IMG/VR virus record: IMGVR_UViG_3300027983_000009 | Coordinates: 1 to 64,000 of that record | Source of the DNA: a virus | Length of the DNA stretch: 64,000 nucleotides | Strand: one strand, 5' to 3' | In this document: positions 20,777 through 30,105 of the stretch, in pieces | How positions within the stretch are numbered: position 1 is the stretch's first letter | How the letters are laid out: every line of letters begins with the position of its first letter | Position numbers and translations under genes: made by a program | The notes under the pieces: generated by a model | What the model saw: only the letters and a program-made list of their open reading frames with translations | Databases searched by the model: none | What the model was told of the DNA's origin: nothing

Positions 20777-21602
20777 GATCAGGTATAATCGGTTCATCCA
20801 CAGCGAGCTGTTGACTCACCGCAGAAACTCACGTAACTCCGCATCGTCCCGAGCCATCCCTGTGCGGCAGATGCTTCGTGACGTTTATAGGGATCCGGTT
20901 GTACCGGTTTATTGGGGGGCGGCTCAGCAAGGTATGCAGGCCTACTCCCAAGTTTCTGCACTGAGAATCTGGGTTTGCAGACGGCTGTGGCTCACTCTGC
21001 GACTTTTCGTGATCGCTGTTGCGTGGGCGATGCTGAAGCTCGGCCTACACAAACAGATCCCTAACAGGCTGCTGGAGCCATGGATGTGGATCACTGTTGT
21101 CCTCTCAGGAACCACCAGCTCATTTGCGAACCTGTTCGCATTACGCTGCCACGAGAAAGCAGAGCCGCATATCCAGATACTGGCTGGGCTTATTCGCGAA
21201 TGTATGTCTGCTAATCAGGCAGCGGGGAAGGTCTCGCAACTCCATATTGGTGACTGGCATCTACCGTTCATAGACAAGGTCGAGGACTGGGCCATAGACT
21301 ATATCGACTTACCGAAGGTGGCCGCTGCGAGGTGCGCTCGTGTGTCGTATTTGACACATAACGGTAGCAGGGCGCCAGCGAAAGATCTGGATCTGTATGA
21401 CAGACTTGTTGCCGATACACCTAAGCACGCAAGTGCGCTGGAGCATGCCGCCAAGTGCATCAATGTAGATTGTACTACGCTAGAAGGCTACAAAGCAGCG
21501 GCGGCAGCGTCAGGTAATTTCGAGCATGGTTGGCAGCAGTTAAGGAAGCTGATCTCTAATGAGGCGACTGACCGGCCTGTGACCGACGAGCTATGGTCGT
21601 AG
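20655..21602 (+). CDS. thyX: Flavin-dependent thymidylate synthase ThyX-like
   Basis: RFIHSELLTHRRNSRNSASSRAIP; HKQIPNRLLEP; ARCARVSY; HASALEH. Confidence 0.8.
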   Translation: MRSMTQINSSATQRNDEASGIRCRVLADSRHPNGSRLTTLEIRYNRFIHSELLTHRRNSRNSASSRAIPVRQMLRDVYRDPVVPVYWGAAQQGMQAYSQVSALRIWVCRRLWLTLRLFVIAVAWAMLKLGLHKQIPNRLLEPWMWITVVLSGTTSSFANLFALRCHEKAEPHIQILAGLIRECMSANQAAGKVSQLHIGDWHLPFIDKVEDWAIDYIDLPKVAAARCARVSYLTHNGSRAPAKDLDLYDRLVADTPKHASALEHAAKCINVDCTTLEGYKAAAAASGNFEHGWQQLRKLISNEATDRPVTDELWS

Positions 21603-21635
21603 TAGGGATCAGCTGATAGCTAAAGAAAAGAATTT

Positions 21636-21672
21636 GTAGCCCACACTCGTATGAGTGTGGGCTATTTGTGTT
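21636..21672 (+). terminator. Intrinsic terminator
   Basis: 13-bp stem GTAGCCCACACTC/GAGTGTGGGCTAT + T-rich tail. Confidence 0.65.
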
Positions 21673-21712
21673 CTAAGGTTGTGCTCTTTTACACGTAGAG
21701 AGGGGGTGTGAT

Positions 21713-22618
21713 GTGCAGATAACGGGCAGCGTCAAGCCTGTAACGTACGCTACGCAAGTTAAGAGTGACCCTTTACGCAAAGGGTGGTCTGCCGACTGCA
21801 AAGGAGATCCTGTAGGTGTCGGCAGGTACAGCCGAATCACGGAGGAGGTCGAATCGTTGGTGTGTGGGGTCATGGTGTTTAGTAAATACAACGGGGAACA
21901 TGTAACGTGTTACAACGTAGACCATAGACTCAGTAAGTCACAAAATTTAGACAGTGTAATAAGCACCGCATTAGAGTCCCACGACTACCTGGTTCCTGAA
22001 GATGTTGGACGCATTGGGTCTCAGTTGTTACGTAACCTTTTCATGTTTGAAGACAAGTACTACCGAAGGGTCGAGTCACAGCGGCAGGAGTATAGCGATA
22101 CCAGAAAAACACCTGCGTCGTTTCAGCAACTGCTTGCATGGCTGACTATGATGTCTGTAGTTGTAGTGCCTGTGCGGTTGCGTAACGGTGTATTCCACAA
22201 GGTAGACTGGATACGGATAAACAAGCGTCGCAAATTGGTAGAGCGAGATGTCTCTGCAATTTTCGTGGTGTCATGTGGATCCGCTGCTGCCTGTATAAGT
22301 CAGCAGTACCACCGAGACCGCGGCTCGTTGGAGGGTAAAACACTGAATCGGGTGTTTAGGTGGGCGGATGAGGCGGTGACCGCAGAGATCCGAATGTTCA
22401 ATAGCTGGTTCAGTAACGAATTGTACGCAACCATTGTACTACCCGACGGTACCTCAAGGGAGCCATACAAGTTATTCGGGTATGGCCACCGATACGGTGC
22501 AGACCACCGAACGAATGGCACACTGCAGATACTTGCAATCACCAGGCCAGATTACAGGTTCAAATTCATTACAGGGGCAGACGCATGCGATTTATTAGCC
22601 TCCCGGCCAAGCCACTGA
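21713..22618 (+). CDS. Hypothetical protein, paralog 1 of 3
   Basis: WA....AEIRMFNSWFSNELY...YGADHRTNG motif shared with next two ORFs. Confidence 0.6.
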   Translation: MQITGSVKPVTYATQVKSDPLRKGWSADCKGDPVGVGRYSRITEEVESLVCGVMVFSKYNGEHVTCYNVDHRLSKSQNLDSVISTALESHDYLVPEDVGRIGSQLLRNLFMFEDKYYRRVESQRQEYSDTRKTPASFQQLLAWLTMMSVVVVPVRLRNGVFHKVDWIRINKRRKLVERDVSAIFVVSCGSAAACISQQYHRDRGSLEGKTLNRVFRWADEAVTAEIRMFNSWFSNELYATIVLPDGTSREPYKLFGYGHRYGADHRTNGTLQILAITRPDYRFKFITGADACDLLASRPSH

Positions 22619-23664
22619 CGGTAGGAATTGTTAAGTTGAATTTTGTCGGCGAGATGGGGCCGCTGGGTAGCGCAGCCAGAATGCACAACCCCAGAGCCAA
22701 TATCAGGCCGCTGGTATACAGAAACTTCAAATCGAATAACGTAGATGAGGAGGCAACAGCAGAAGCTTTTATGCGAGACCCTACTTCTACTGGCTGCGTG
22801 TTGTTTGGGGCGAAATACGGCAGGTTGCTGCCGAGTGACAGCCAGACCTGGTTATTCCCTTCGGCTGGGTGGATCAGTATATCCTCAGTCAACTGTGTAC
22901 GATTACGTGAGGCAGGTGCTAAGCGGTCTATGCTGTTTAGGATGTTATCAGAGCTGCTAAACGAGCCGTCGGTCAGGAATACTCGCTTTATTGCCGACGA
23001 GATGGAGCCGTACAACCTTGGGCCGTGGGGGGGTCGTGGTTACATGGACATTTTGTCTGAGTTGGACTGGCTGCGGGATGTGGTAGCAAGAGAGGCCCGC
23101 AACGCTTTTGTCACTACGCAGGATAGGCTTGGCGGTAAAGCGGATGCTGATGCTGTCAGCAGTGTGCCTTTCTACAAGCTGTGTGAGTGGGTAAAGAACC
23201 TGTGCGGTGCTTGCATCTTTGTGAGATACGATGGTAGAAAACTCACAGAATACCACGAACTGTCGCATTTCACACAGCCACGGGATATCTCTGGCGTGTT
23301 CTTCATGCGGGCGCACGCGTTTAGGATACCGTTGCTGGGCTCGCAGTTGCTTGCGACGCCCAAGGAGGTGGCTGTAGATACTGTTAAAGACTGGGCAGTT
23401 CGAGTACTTCGGAGAGATATTGATGAGTACAACGCGTATCTGGCGTCGGATGTCTACACGTGGTTTACGCAAGTCGACGGTGAAGACAAGGTGCTCGGTA
23501 CACCGCTGTTTTATGGCAGCGACATAAGGAGGAACGGCCTACTTTGTTGTCTGGATCGTGTTATCAAAATTATGCATCCGTCAACAACGGTGAGATTAAG
23601 GCCAGACATCGCGACAGTAAAAATGGGAGAAGTTTATGCAAGTTACAATGCAGGCGACAGCTGA
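22585..23664 (+). CDS. Hypothetical protein, paralog 2 of 3
   Basis: WAVRVLRRDIDEYNAYLASDVY...FYGSDIRRNG. Confidence 0.6.
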   Translation: MRFISLPAKPLTVGIVKLNFVGEMGPLGSAARMHNPRANIRPLVYRNFKSNNVDEEATAEAFMRDPTSTGCVLFGAKYGRLLPSDSQTWLFPSAGWISISSVNCVRLREAGAKRSMLFRMLSELLNEPSVRNTRFIADEMEPYNLGPWGGRGYMDILSELDWLRDVVAREARNAFVTTQDRLGGKADADAVSSVPFYKLCEWVKNLCGACIFVRYDGRKLTEYHELSHFTQPRDISGVFFMRAHAFRIPLLGSQLLATPKEVAVDTVKDWAVRVLRRDIDEYNAYLASDVYTWFTQVDGEDKVLGTPLFYGSDIRRNGLLCCLDRVIKIMHPSTTVRLRPDIATVKMGEVYASYNAGDS

Positions 23665-25063
23665 GCGTTTGTTGATACCGGTGCGGTGCGACCCGGGTGA
23701 TAAGTTATCGCCGAGCAGGCAGTGTAACCCTCGTTTCGATAACAGCAGGCACAGGGAACTTGTGTTTGCAGCTTCAGAGGGTGTGAGCGTACACGACCGT
23801 AATGTGGTTGATGGTGATGGCGGTGACTACCGGTATACAAAGTTTGTTTGTGTAGAAGCGGGGAGAAGAACACCTGACGCTGAGCGTTTTTATAGCTTGT
23901 TTTATACCGACAGCTGGCAAACGGGCGTTAGGCGTAACATGTTTAAGCCTACAGTTACCATGTACGGCTCATCTCCGCTGGGTGGAAGCCTGTCGTCGGT
24001 CGCACACGAGTTATTGGATCAGGCACTGCTGAGCGGGTCTATGCTATCGGCACACACTGGGGATGACGGTAGTGTGCCGAAGATACTCGAATACATGCTG
24101 AGGAGATGGCAGGTCAACACAAAGGGTGTAACTACCCAAATCTATGGAGAGCGGTCGACGATGCGTACACGTTACGCATGTATGACTAACCTGCGGCAGA
24201 AGATCCATTTATTGCAGAGCCTCACAGCTGCGGTGGTGTTTGTGAAATACAAGGACGGCCGCATGCAGCCTGTAGTAATAACACCCACTGTAGTTGATGA
24301 GGCTATTGATGGGTACTTCTTTGTAACGTGGCGAGATGTTGCGAACAGGTTGGCCGATGCTTTCCCTGAGGATGACGTATCCATTAGTGAGGCTATGCGT
24401 CGCGGTAAAGTGTGGGCAAATAAGATCTTGAATAAGGAGCTCCAGCAGTACAACCACTGGCTGGATTCCAATGTGCTCACATGGTGCGAAATACCAAGGC
24501 TATCGCCAGGGCGGTCGGCTGTGGTGCTGTGGCCCATGCAGCAACCTATGTTTTATGGCGAGAACATCCGCACCAGCGGCATGTTGACGTATTTGACCCT
24601 ACTGCGCAGTGCCAGCGGTTGGCGTAATGTGAAGGTAGCTACGGGCTGTGTCGAGGCAGCTATCAGCGATATTCCGTCTGGTGGGGTCTATTCGACGGCA
24701 CCTGTGACGGTGCACGCAACGGGAATCGCTTTACTAGATCAGGCACTTTACAAACCTATCCTGAAGGAGAAGACCACAATGGCAAAAGCTAAACCCGATC
24801 CACGAGAAGTGGAGGCGCTGCGAATGAAGCAGCTGGAGGAGATTAATGCGAATCCCCGCACACGGGAGGAGCTCGAGGCGTTGTTCGGGCAAGCATGGGA
24901 CACCGCCCAGCTGACTGAGGATTTCGAGGTTAGGTCGTTTATAGCCCCGTACTGTGTGGTGACGCGTAAATCTGATGGTGCTGTTGGATCTCTGTGCTTC
25001 CAGCACAGACCACGGTTCTATTTTGATTTTGTCGAAGACACCAGCGCGATACCAAAGCTATGA
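23636..25063 (+). CDS. Hypothetical protein, paralog 3 of 3, in frame with a distinct C-terminal ORF starting at 24779
   Basis: WANKILNKELQQYNHWLDSNVL...FYGENIRTSG; AAGGAG RBS before ATG 24779. Confidence 0.6.
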   Translation: MQVTMQATAERLLIPVRCDPGDKLSPSRQCNPRFDNSRHRELVFAASEGVSVHDRNVVDGDGGDYRYTKFVCVEAGRRTPDAERFYSLFYTDSWQTGVRRNMFKPTVTMYGSSPLGGSLSSVAHELLDQALLSGSMLSAHTGDDGSVPKILEYMLRRWQVNTKGVTTQIYGERSTMRTRYACMTNLRQKIHLLQSLTAAVVFVKYKDGRMQPVVITPTVVDEAIDGYFFVTWRDVANRLADAFPEDDVSISEAMRRGKVWANKILNKELQQYNHWLDSNVLTWCEIPRLSPGRSAVVLWPMQQPMFYGENIRTSGMLTYLTLLRSASGWRNVKVATGCVEAAISDIPSGGVYSTAPVTVHATGIALLDQALYKPILKEKTTMAKAKPDPREVEALRMKQLEEINANPRTREELEALFGQAWDTAQLTEDFEVRSFIAPYCVVTRKSDGAVGSLCFQHRPRFYFDFVEDTSAIPKL

Positions 25064-25233
25064 CAGCCAGGCGGGTCGTGATACCTGGCTGGTACCAGCA
25101 TTACTGGAAGTGCCGGGTCCGCAGTTGTCAGGCTGTGCACTGGTACAGGGCGGACAAGTGTCAGCGATGCGGCGCCCAGCTGTACCAGTTTGATAACCCC
25201 AGCTACACGCCAAGGAGCAAGAAGGTCGAGTAA
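25060..25233 (+). CDS. Small Zn-ribbon protein (57 aa), not in ORF track
   Basis: MTARRVVIPGWYQHYWKCRVRSC...CQRCG; ATGA overlap. Confidence 0.55.
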   Translation: MTARRVVIPGWYQHYWKCRVRSCQAVHWYRADKCQRCGAQLYQFDNPSYTPRSKKVE

Positions 25234-25567
25234 CTGTGTTGTGAGGCTTACTCTGTGTTTGAATCTTCGACGATTTTGTGGTTGTAACCGGTTACAGCCA
25301 CTCGTCGGTCGGTTTCGGTAGATATTCCGTACGACCATTTTGCGAGGGTTGAATTTCTGGAGAGGCTGCGACATGATACGCCCATCATTTGTGACGGATA
25401 CATTTGACGAGTTTCTTGGGGCTGCCGCGTTGGCTAGCTGTTTTCTATTGCTGCCTGCAAGTTGCAGTGATACCGTTGCGTCAGTGCCTGTGAGTGGTCC
25501 TCGTATCTGTAAACCTTACACCCTACCGTCTCGGTGGGGCCTCGTTAACATGAAGGATGTTGAATTT

Positions 25568-25828
25568 ATGGTAGATGATATGCCGGAACATGATGAGCCG
25601 CTCTACAGTGGTGCGGACAGTGATTTGCTGGTGGCCCCCGCAGAGGAGGATGCAGCAAAGGTCAATGGTTTCGTTAATGACGACTTCGCCGAAGATGCCG
25701 ACGATGATGCCGATGACGACGATGACGACGATGATGATGATGACGATGACGATGACGATGATGATGACGACGATGATGACGACGATGATGACGACGAAGA
25801 AGACTACGACGACAATTTTGCAGGTTAG
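25568..25828 (+). CDS. Highly acidic poly-Asp protein
   Basis: (GAY)n tract ~25700-25812; AAGGA RBS; followed by terminator. Confidence 0.6.
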   Translation: MVDDMPEHDEPLYSGADSDLLVAPAEEDAAKVNGFVNDDFAEDADDDADDDDDDDDDDDDDDDDDDDDDDDDDDDDEEDYDDNFAG

Positions 25829-25876
25829 CCCAGCTTACAACGCAGCCTGCGTTGTTCTGGGGGCGAGTTGAGCGAG

Positions 25877-25908
25877 AGAGCGGGGGTTAATCCCCTCGCT
25901 CTTTTTTT
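25877..25908 (+). terminator. Intrinsic terminator
   Basis: AGAGCGGGGG/CCCCTCGCTCT-type stem + T7. Confidence 0.7.
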
Positions 25909-25918
25909 GTTTGGTCAC

Positions 25919-25946
25919 GCCTCTGTAGCGGCTTCATTTCTGCAGA
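25919..25946 (+). repeat. Cas12m-repeat-like pseudoknot motif
   Basis: GCC TC TGTAGC GGC TTCATT TCTGCA GA. Confidence 0.7.
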
Positions 25947-25972
25947 CAAATATACAGAACTGGGTGTTCTTG

Positions 25973-26224
25973 ATGCGACATGGTTTGGTACCGGGTCATA
26001 ATGTTGACCAGCTGGATATCCGAGCAGGTCTGGAGGAGCTCAAGCTGTGCGGCTATACGGAGCTTGAAACTGTGCAGGTCATCCAATATGCGATGCTGCG
26101 GTGGCGGCGAGGCGAGGAGGAGGCTGCAGAGCGGGGTGCAATCAATACTGAGTTCCATGGGATAAGTATGACATGTTGGAGACGTGTGCTGGCTGCAGCA
26201 ATGGCTGCTGTGGCTGATAAGTAG
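25973..26224 (+). CDS. Hypothetical protein
   Basis: ORF between two repeats. Confidence 0.45.
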   Translation: MRHGLVPGHNVDQLDIRAGLEELKLCGYTELETVQVIQYAMLRWRRGEEEAAERGAINTEFHGISMTCWRRVLAAAMAAVADK

Positions 26225-26233
26225 TGTTCCAGT

Positions 26234-26261
26234 GCCTGTGCAGGGGCCTCGTATCTGTAAA
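26234..26261 (+). repeat. Cas12m-repeat-like pseudoknot motif (a decayed sister copy is at 25486-25513)
   Basis: GCC TG TGCAGG GGC CTCGTA TCTGTA AA. Confidence 0.7.
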
Positions 26262-26277
26262 TGGGGAGAAGGGCGAT

Positions 26278-26997
26278 ATGAGCGATCTTGAGGTATTTGT
26301 GCTTTGCCACCCGAGAAAGGTGTGCACGACGACGCAACTCCTGCAGCGAGCAGGCGTTACACACACGATGTATGTGAATGAGGACAGTGATTTACCGTTT
26401 GACCATGCCGAATACTCGGTAGACCGGTCCTGGCGGCCATCTCAGCGGGATTACGCGGTTAGGCAGTACAGAGCGATGTACGGGCACACCCAGATCCACA
26501 AACGCTCAAACGCGGCCATTACGCTGGTCTTTGAGGACGACGTGAAGCTCGGGTCGCTGACTAAGGCTTACTTGCGTAGGGCCATGGATGTGTGTCAGGA
26601 TATTTTTGAGGTGTACCCTGATGTTCAGGCAATCAGCTTCCATGGCAGGAATCTGTCGCCTAATCGGCCGATCGTGTCGCTGCCTGGCATGCAGTTCAGT
26701 GCGTTGCAGACCAAGCCGCTCACAGAAGAAGCGCAGGTCAGGTTCCTGGAGCCGCTCTGGAAGGTTTCCATGGGTCTGACTACTCCTCCTGCGCTCAAGT
26801 GGCACGAGGGTTGTTTGATGTACGCTGTTAATGAGTCAGGTCGCAAGATCTGGGCTGATACAGACTTGAGGCAAGGTTGGCCTTGCGACCTGTTCCTGGT
26901 GAATAAGCTGAACACGCTGGTTGTAACGAACTCGCCCGTTATGCATAACGAAACTGGCTCACTGATGACTCGTCCGCTCTACGAGTCACCGGTATAG
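26278..26997 (+). CDS. Glycosyltransferase family 25-like
   Basis: AMYGHTQIHK...LVFEDDV; MYAVNESG; WPCDLFL. Confidence 0.6.
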   Translation: MSDLEVFVLCHPRKVCTTTQLLQRAGVTHTMYVNEDSDLPFDHAEYSVDRSWRPSQRDYAVRQYRAMYGHTQIHKRSNAAITLVFEDDVKLGSLTKAYLRRAMDVCQDIFEVYPDVQAISFHGRNLSPNRPIVSLPGMQFSALQTKPLTEEAQVRFLEPLWKVSMGLTTPPALKWHEGCLMYAVNESGRKIWADTDLRQGWPCDLFLVNKLNTLVVTNSPVMHNETGSLMTRPLYESPV

Positions 26998-27003
26998 CGC
27001 TGT

Positions 27004-28284
27004 TTAGCTGGCCTTTGGTGCCAGGATGGCTAATCGCTGGAGCAGGGAGTGGATTTGGCCTCTGAGGTCCTGCTGCCCCTGCTCCAGACTGGCCACCCGT
27101 TCGGTGAGGAAGGTTAACCGTACTTCCGGGGCATCCATGTTGCAGACAGCATCTGAGTGCCGGCAGAAGATGTATTGGCGTAATCCGGGCTGATACCACA
27201 ACTTTGGTGCCACAGGCTGCCAGATAAACGGTAATCGCTTCCCGGGAGCCAGTGTGAAGATGAGGTCCCCATCCTGACTGACTTCGCCAGCGCTTAGTAT
27301 TCTGTGTCTGGCCGGCATATCCTTCTCGGCTAGTGACAGCAGCCCGTTATGGGTTATTGGCTCTCCGAGGTAGACGGAGTACTCCATGTTCCATCGGATA
27401 GACTCAGGGACAGCAGAATCCCCGATTGTTGCGATGGTGGGCGACATGTCCTGAGTGTTGACTGGTTTGTCGAAGACCTGCAACGCTGTACCGAACGTAT
27501 CCCAGATAATCCCATAGCATGGTTGTCCTGTGTTATGCTGAATTTCCTGCATTTTCTTGCGAACAGCGATAATGTTACCCAGAGCAGTGCTCAGGGATGT
27601 CCCAGCGTTCGCATTAGCCCCGAAGCCCGGTCTGGTGTTCACGTACCAATTGACCCAATGCACAGGGATAGGGCGAATAAAGCGAGCGCTCTCTATGGTG
27701 ACCCCTGTGATGGTAGTTCCGATCACTGGTGCGTTCACGTCAGCCCATTTATTGTTGTCTACAGCACTCGTACGCAGGTCTTTCTGTCTGACGACCTCAC
27801 CGATCTGTAGATGTCTGTGTCCCGGAGGTGCGGATAACGTCCGCCACGTCGATCGAACAGGGTGTGCTACCATCGCACTCTGACGGTACATTGAATAGAC
27901 AGCAGAGTTTCCTTTGACAGTCTGCTTTATGCTGCCAGGGTCGCTGTGCCAGTACTTGGAGACGCCAAGACCGTACCAGCAGACAGGAACAGGGATCCAG
28001 TGCCCCTGATGCCAGTACACAGCATCCTCAGAGATAACCTGATCCCCGTAGACGATCTTGTAGTCCTCAGGAGACGACGGAGCACAGAATAGCTGGAATG
28101 CTGTAGGAACAGCCTCAGAGTGCCAGAAAGCCGCAGTAGTGAGCTCCCACGTACCTGTGCTGGTATTACCAACGTAACAGCTGGGAAAGATGACCTCCCC
28201 TTCGGTCATCAGCCTGTATGGGGCCTTCATACTGTCAATTAACCGGTGTGTGTGAGTGGGGAAGGATTCTGCAGCTTCTGACAT
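27004..28284 (-). CDS. Hypothetical repeat-domain protein, the only substantial minus-strand gene
   Basis: Long ORF with recurring (Y/H)R.L..GEV...D units; GGGAG RBS on minus strand. Confidence 0.65.
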   Translation of the reverse strand: MSEAAESFPTHTHRLIDSMKAPYRLMTEGEVIFPSCYVGNTSTGTWELTTAAFWHSEAVPTAFQLFCAPSSPEDYKIVYGDQVISEDAVYWHQGHWIPVPVCWYGLGVSKYWHSDPGSIKQTVKGNSAVYSMYRQSAMVAHPVRSTWRTLSAPPGHRHLQIGEVVRQKDLRTSAVDNNKWADVNAPVIGTTITGVTIESARFIRPIPVHWVNWYVNTRPGFGANANAGTSLSTALGNIIAVRKKMQEIQHNTGQPCYGIIWDTFGTALQVFDKPVNTQDMSPTIATIGDSAVPESIRWNMEYSVYLGEPITHNGLLSLAEKDMPARHRILSAGEVSQDGDLIFTLAPGKRLPFIWQPVAPKLWYQPGLRQYIFCRHSDAVCNMDAPEVRLTFLTERVASLEQGQQDLRGQIHSLLQRLAILAPKAS

Positions 28285-28428
28285 CTGTTGTACTCCCTGT
28301 GTTTTGCGTTGCTGGCACGGATATGCCTCTGCGGTCTTGTGTTCTTCGCCTCTGTGTGGCAGACTATAACCCTGAACTCCACCCCTTGCTACCAATCAAG
28401 TCAAACCAGCGGAAACAAAGGATTTATT

Positions 28429-29694
28429 ATGTCGGATGCACTTGCAGCGATCAGGGCGTGGAGAAAAAGTGCACTTGTTTCGCCAATGGTTGCACCGGGT
28501 AACACAGCACCAAGACAGCAGCCCGGGGCACGACATGTGATGGGGAGTGGAATACCGCAAACAGGGCTTTCGACGCAGCGAGGAAAGGCTCCAGCGTTTC
28601 CAGGGTTGCCAGGAAGTCCAGCAGGAAATCCCATAGAGACACACGGAGCGTTGGGGCCGGCTGGGACTGTGGATGGCAACCACGCAGCAGGTGTAGCGAA
28701 AGGATTTAAGATTGGCAGGGCAAGGCTTGCGGAGAAGGGTATGCAGGCAACTTCTTCTGGGAAAATCAATGTTTTTAGTAAAGATTCATCCCAGCTCCGC
28801 GGGTTCGTAGCAGGGCAGAGGAAGACTGCAGGCATGTATGCGGCTCATATTGTCTCGGCAAACCTACCACCTGAGCAGCGCAAGCAACTACTTGCGATAG
28901 CGAAGAACGTGGCCAGGTTTCGCCAAGCTATCGCGACAGATATGTCATCGCAGGGTTATCAGTCGTACGCTGGTGGAAGCACAAACTTCCGTGACGACAT
29001 ACTTGAGCAGTTTCTGGAAAAGAACAAGGATGCACAGGTGGAGGCTGGCGATTCTTATGAGATATCTGCGAGAGGTCCTCGTCGGTGGATGGGTTTGCGA
29101 CAAGGTGCACGTATTCCGATTGGGGAGGGTTACGCGACGTTAATGGATCATTTTGATGAGGGTGGGCAGGGGTATGAGCGTGACGAGTCTCATGCTGTAA
29201 CAGATTTTTACGGCGAGGTGGATCCCGCTATTCACAGCTTTTTAGGTCAGATGACAGGCGGCCGCTACAAAACACCGAAACCTCCGAAGGCACCATCTGC
29301 TCCGAAGTTAGAGGGTGTACCGGCGATAAAGGCGGCATTCAGACAACCGACTGATGTGTCGCCATACGCAGGTATTCATCGACGGATTCGCCACACTCTG
29401 GCGGGTGGTGCGATGGGCGGGTTAGTTGGTGTTGGGGTTGGTGGTTTAACTGGGGCTGGCGGGGCTGCCGGTGCCACAATTGGCGGGCTGCACGGCATGT
29501 TTAGCGATCCGGGTGTAGATGAGGAGGGCAAGAAGCGGAGCCGGATGATGGCTGCACTTCGTGGTTCTCTGGGTGGTGGGGCGTTGGGTGCAGCTGGCGG
29601 ATTGGCAGCTGGTGTTGGCGGGCTGGCTGGTGGTGCAGCTGGCGGCACAGTCGGGGCCAGCATCGACGACTGGCCCGTGGCGCCGCAGCTGTGA
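28429..29694 (+). CDS. Gly/Ala-rich protein with K-x-A motifs (possible virion-internal protein)
   Basis: KSA/KTA/KAA motifs, glycine-zipper-like C-terminal helices. Confidence 0.55.
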   Translation: MSDALAAIRAWRKSALVSPMVAPGNTAPRQQPGARHVMGSGIPQTGLSTQRGKAPAFPGLPGSPAGNPIETHGALGPAGTVDGNHAAGVAKGFKIGRARLAEKGMQATSSGKINVFSKDSSQLRGFVAGQRKTAGMYAAHIVSANLPPEQRKQLLAIAKNVARFRQAIATDMSSQGYQSYAGGSTNFRDDILEQFLEKNKDAQVEAGDSYEISARGPRRWMGLRQGARIPIGEGYATLMDHFDEGGQGYERDESHAVTDFYGEVDPAIHSFLGQMTGGRYKTPKPPKAPSAPKLEGVPAIKAAFRQPTDVSPYAGIHRRIRHTLAGGAMGGLVGVGVGGLTGAGGAAGATIGGLHGMFSDPGVDEEGKKRSRMMAALRGSLGGGALGAAGGLAAGVGGLAGGAAGGTVGASIDDWPVAPQL

Positions 29695-30070
29695 GCTCTC
29701 ACATATACGCTCTCACATATACTCTCTCACAGCACATTTTGACAACAATCCCAGCCTTGCGGGTTCGTAGCAGGATAACAGGGGGCCAAAGTATACAGCT
29801 CCTCACATATACTCTCTCACGTATACGCTCTCACAGCAATCCCAGCCAGGCGGGTTCATAGCACGGCAACTGCACAAGTCCTCACATATACTCTCTCACA
29901 ACAATCCCAGCTCTGCGGGTTCGAAGCAAGGCATGAACAGGGTTGTCACAGTGCACAATTCCTCACATATACGCTCTCACAGCAATCCCAGCCAGGCGGG
30001 TTCATAGCACGGCAGCACAGTCCAGGATCCACAATAACAATCCCAGCCTTGCGGGTTCGAAGCAGGGCAT
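29695..30070 (+). CRISPR. Degenerate CRISPR-like mini-array: 5 Cas12m-type pseudoknot repeats with interspersed CTCACATATAC(G/T)CTCTCAC motifs
   Basis: CAATCCCAGCyNNGCGGGTTCrwAGCA at 29746, 29837, 29902, 29983, 30038 with unique intervening segments. Confidence 0.5.
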
Positions 30071-30105
30071 CGCGTGCAGCCGGACAAACAAGCACAGGAG
30101 AAAAC

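Noticed and set aside
29902-30067. tRNA genes suggested by GGTTCGAA
   Set aside because: No cloverleaf or acceptor stem; the sequence is the pseudoknot loop
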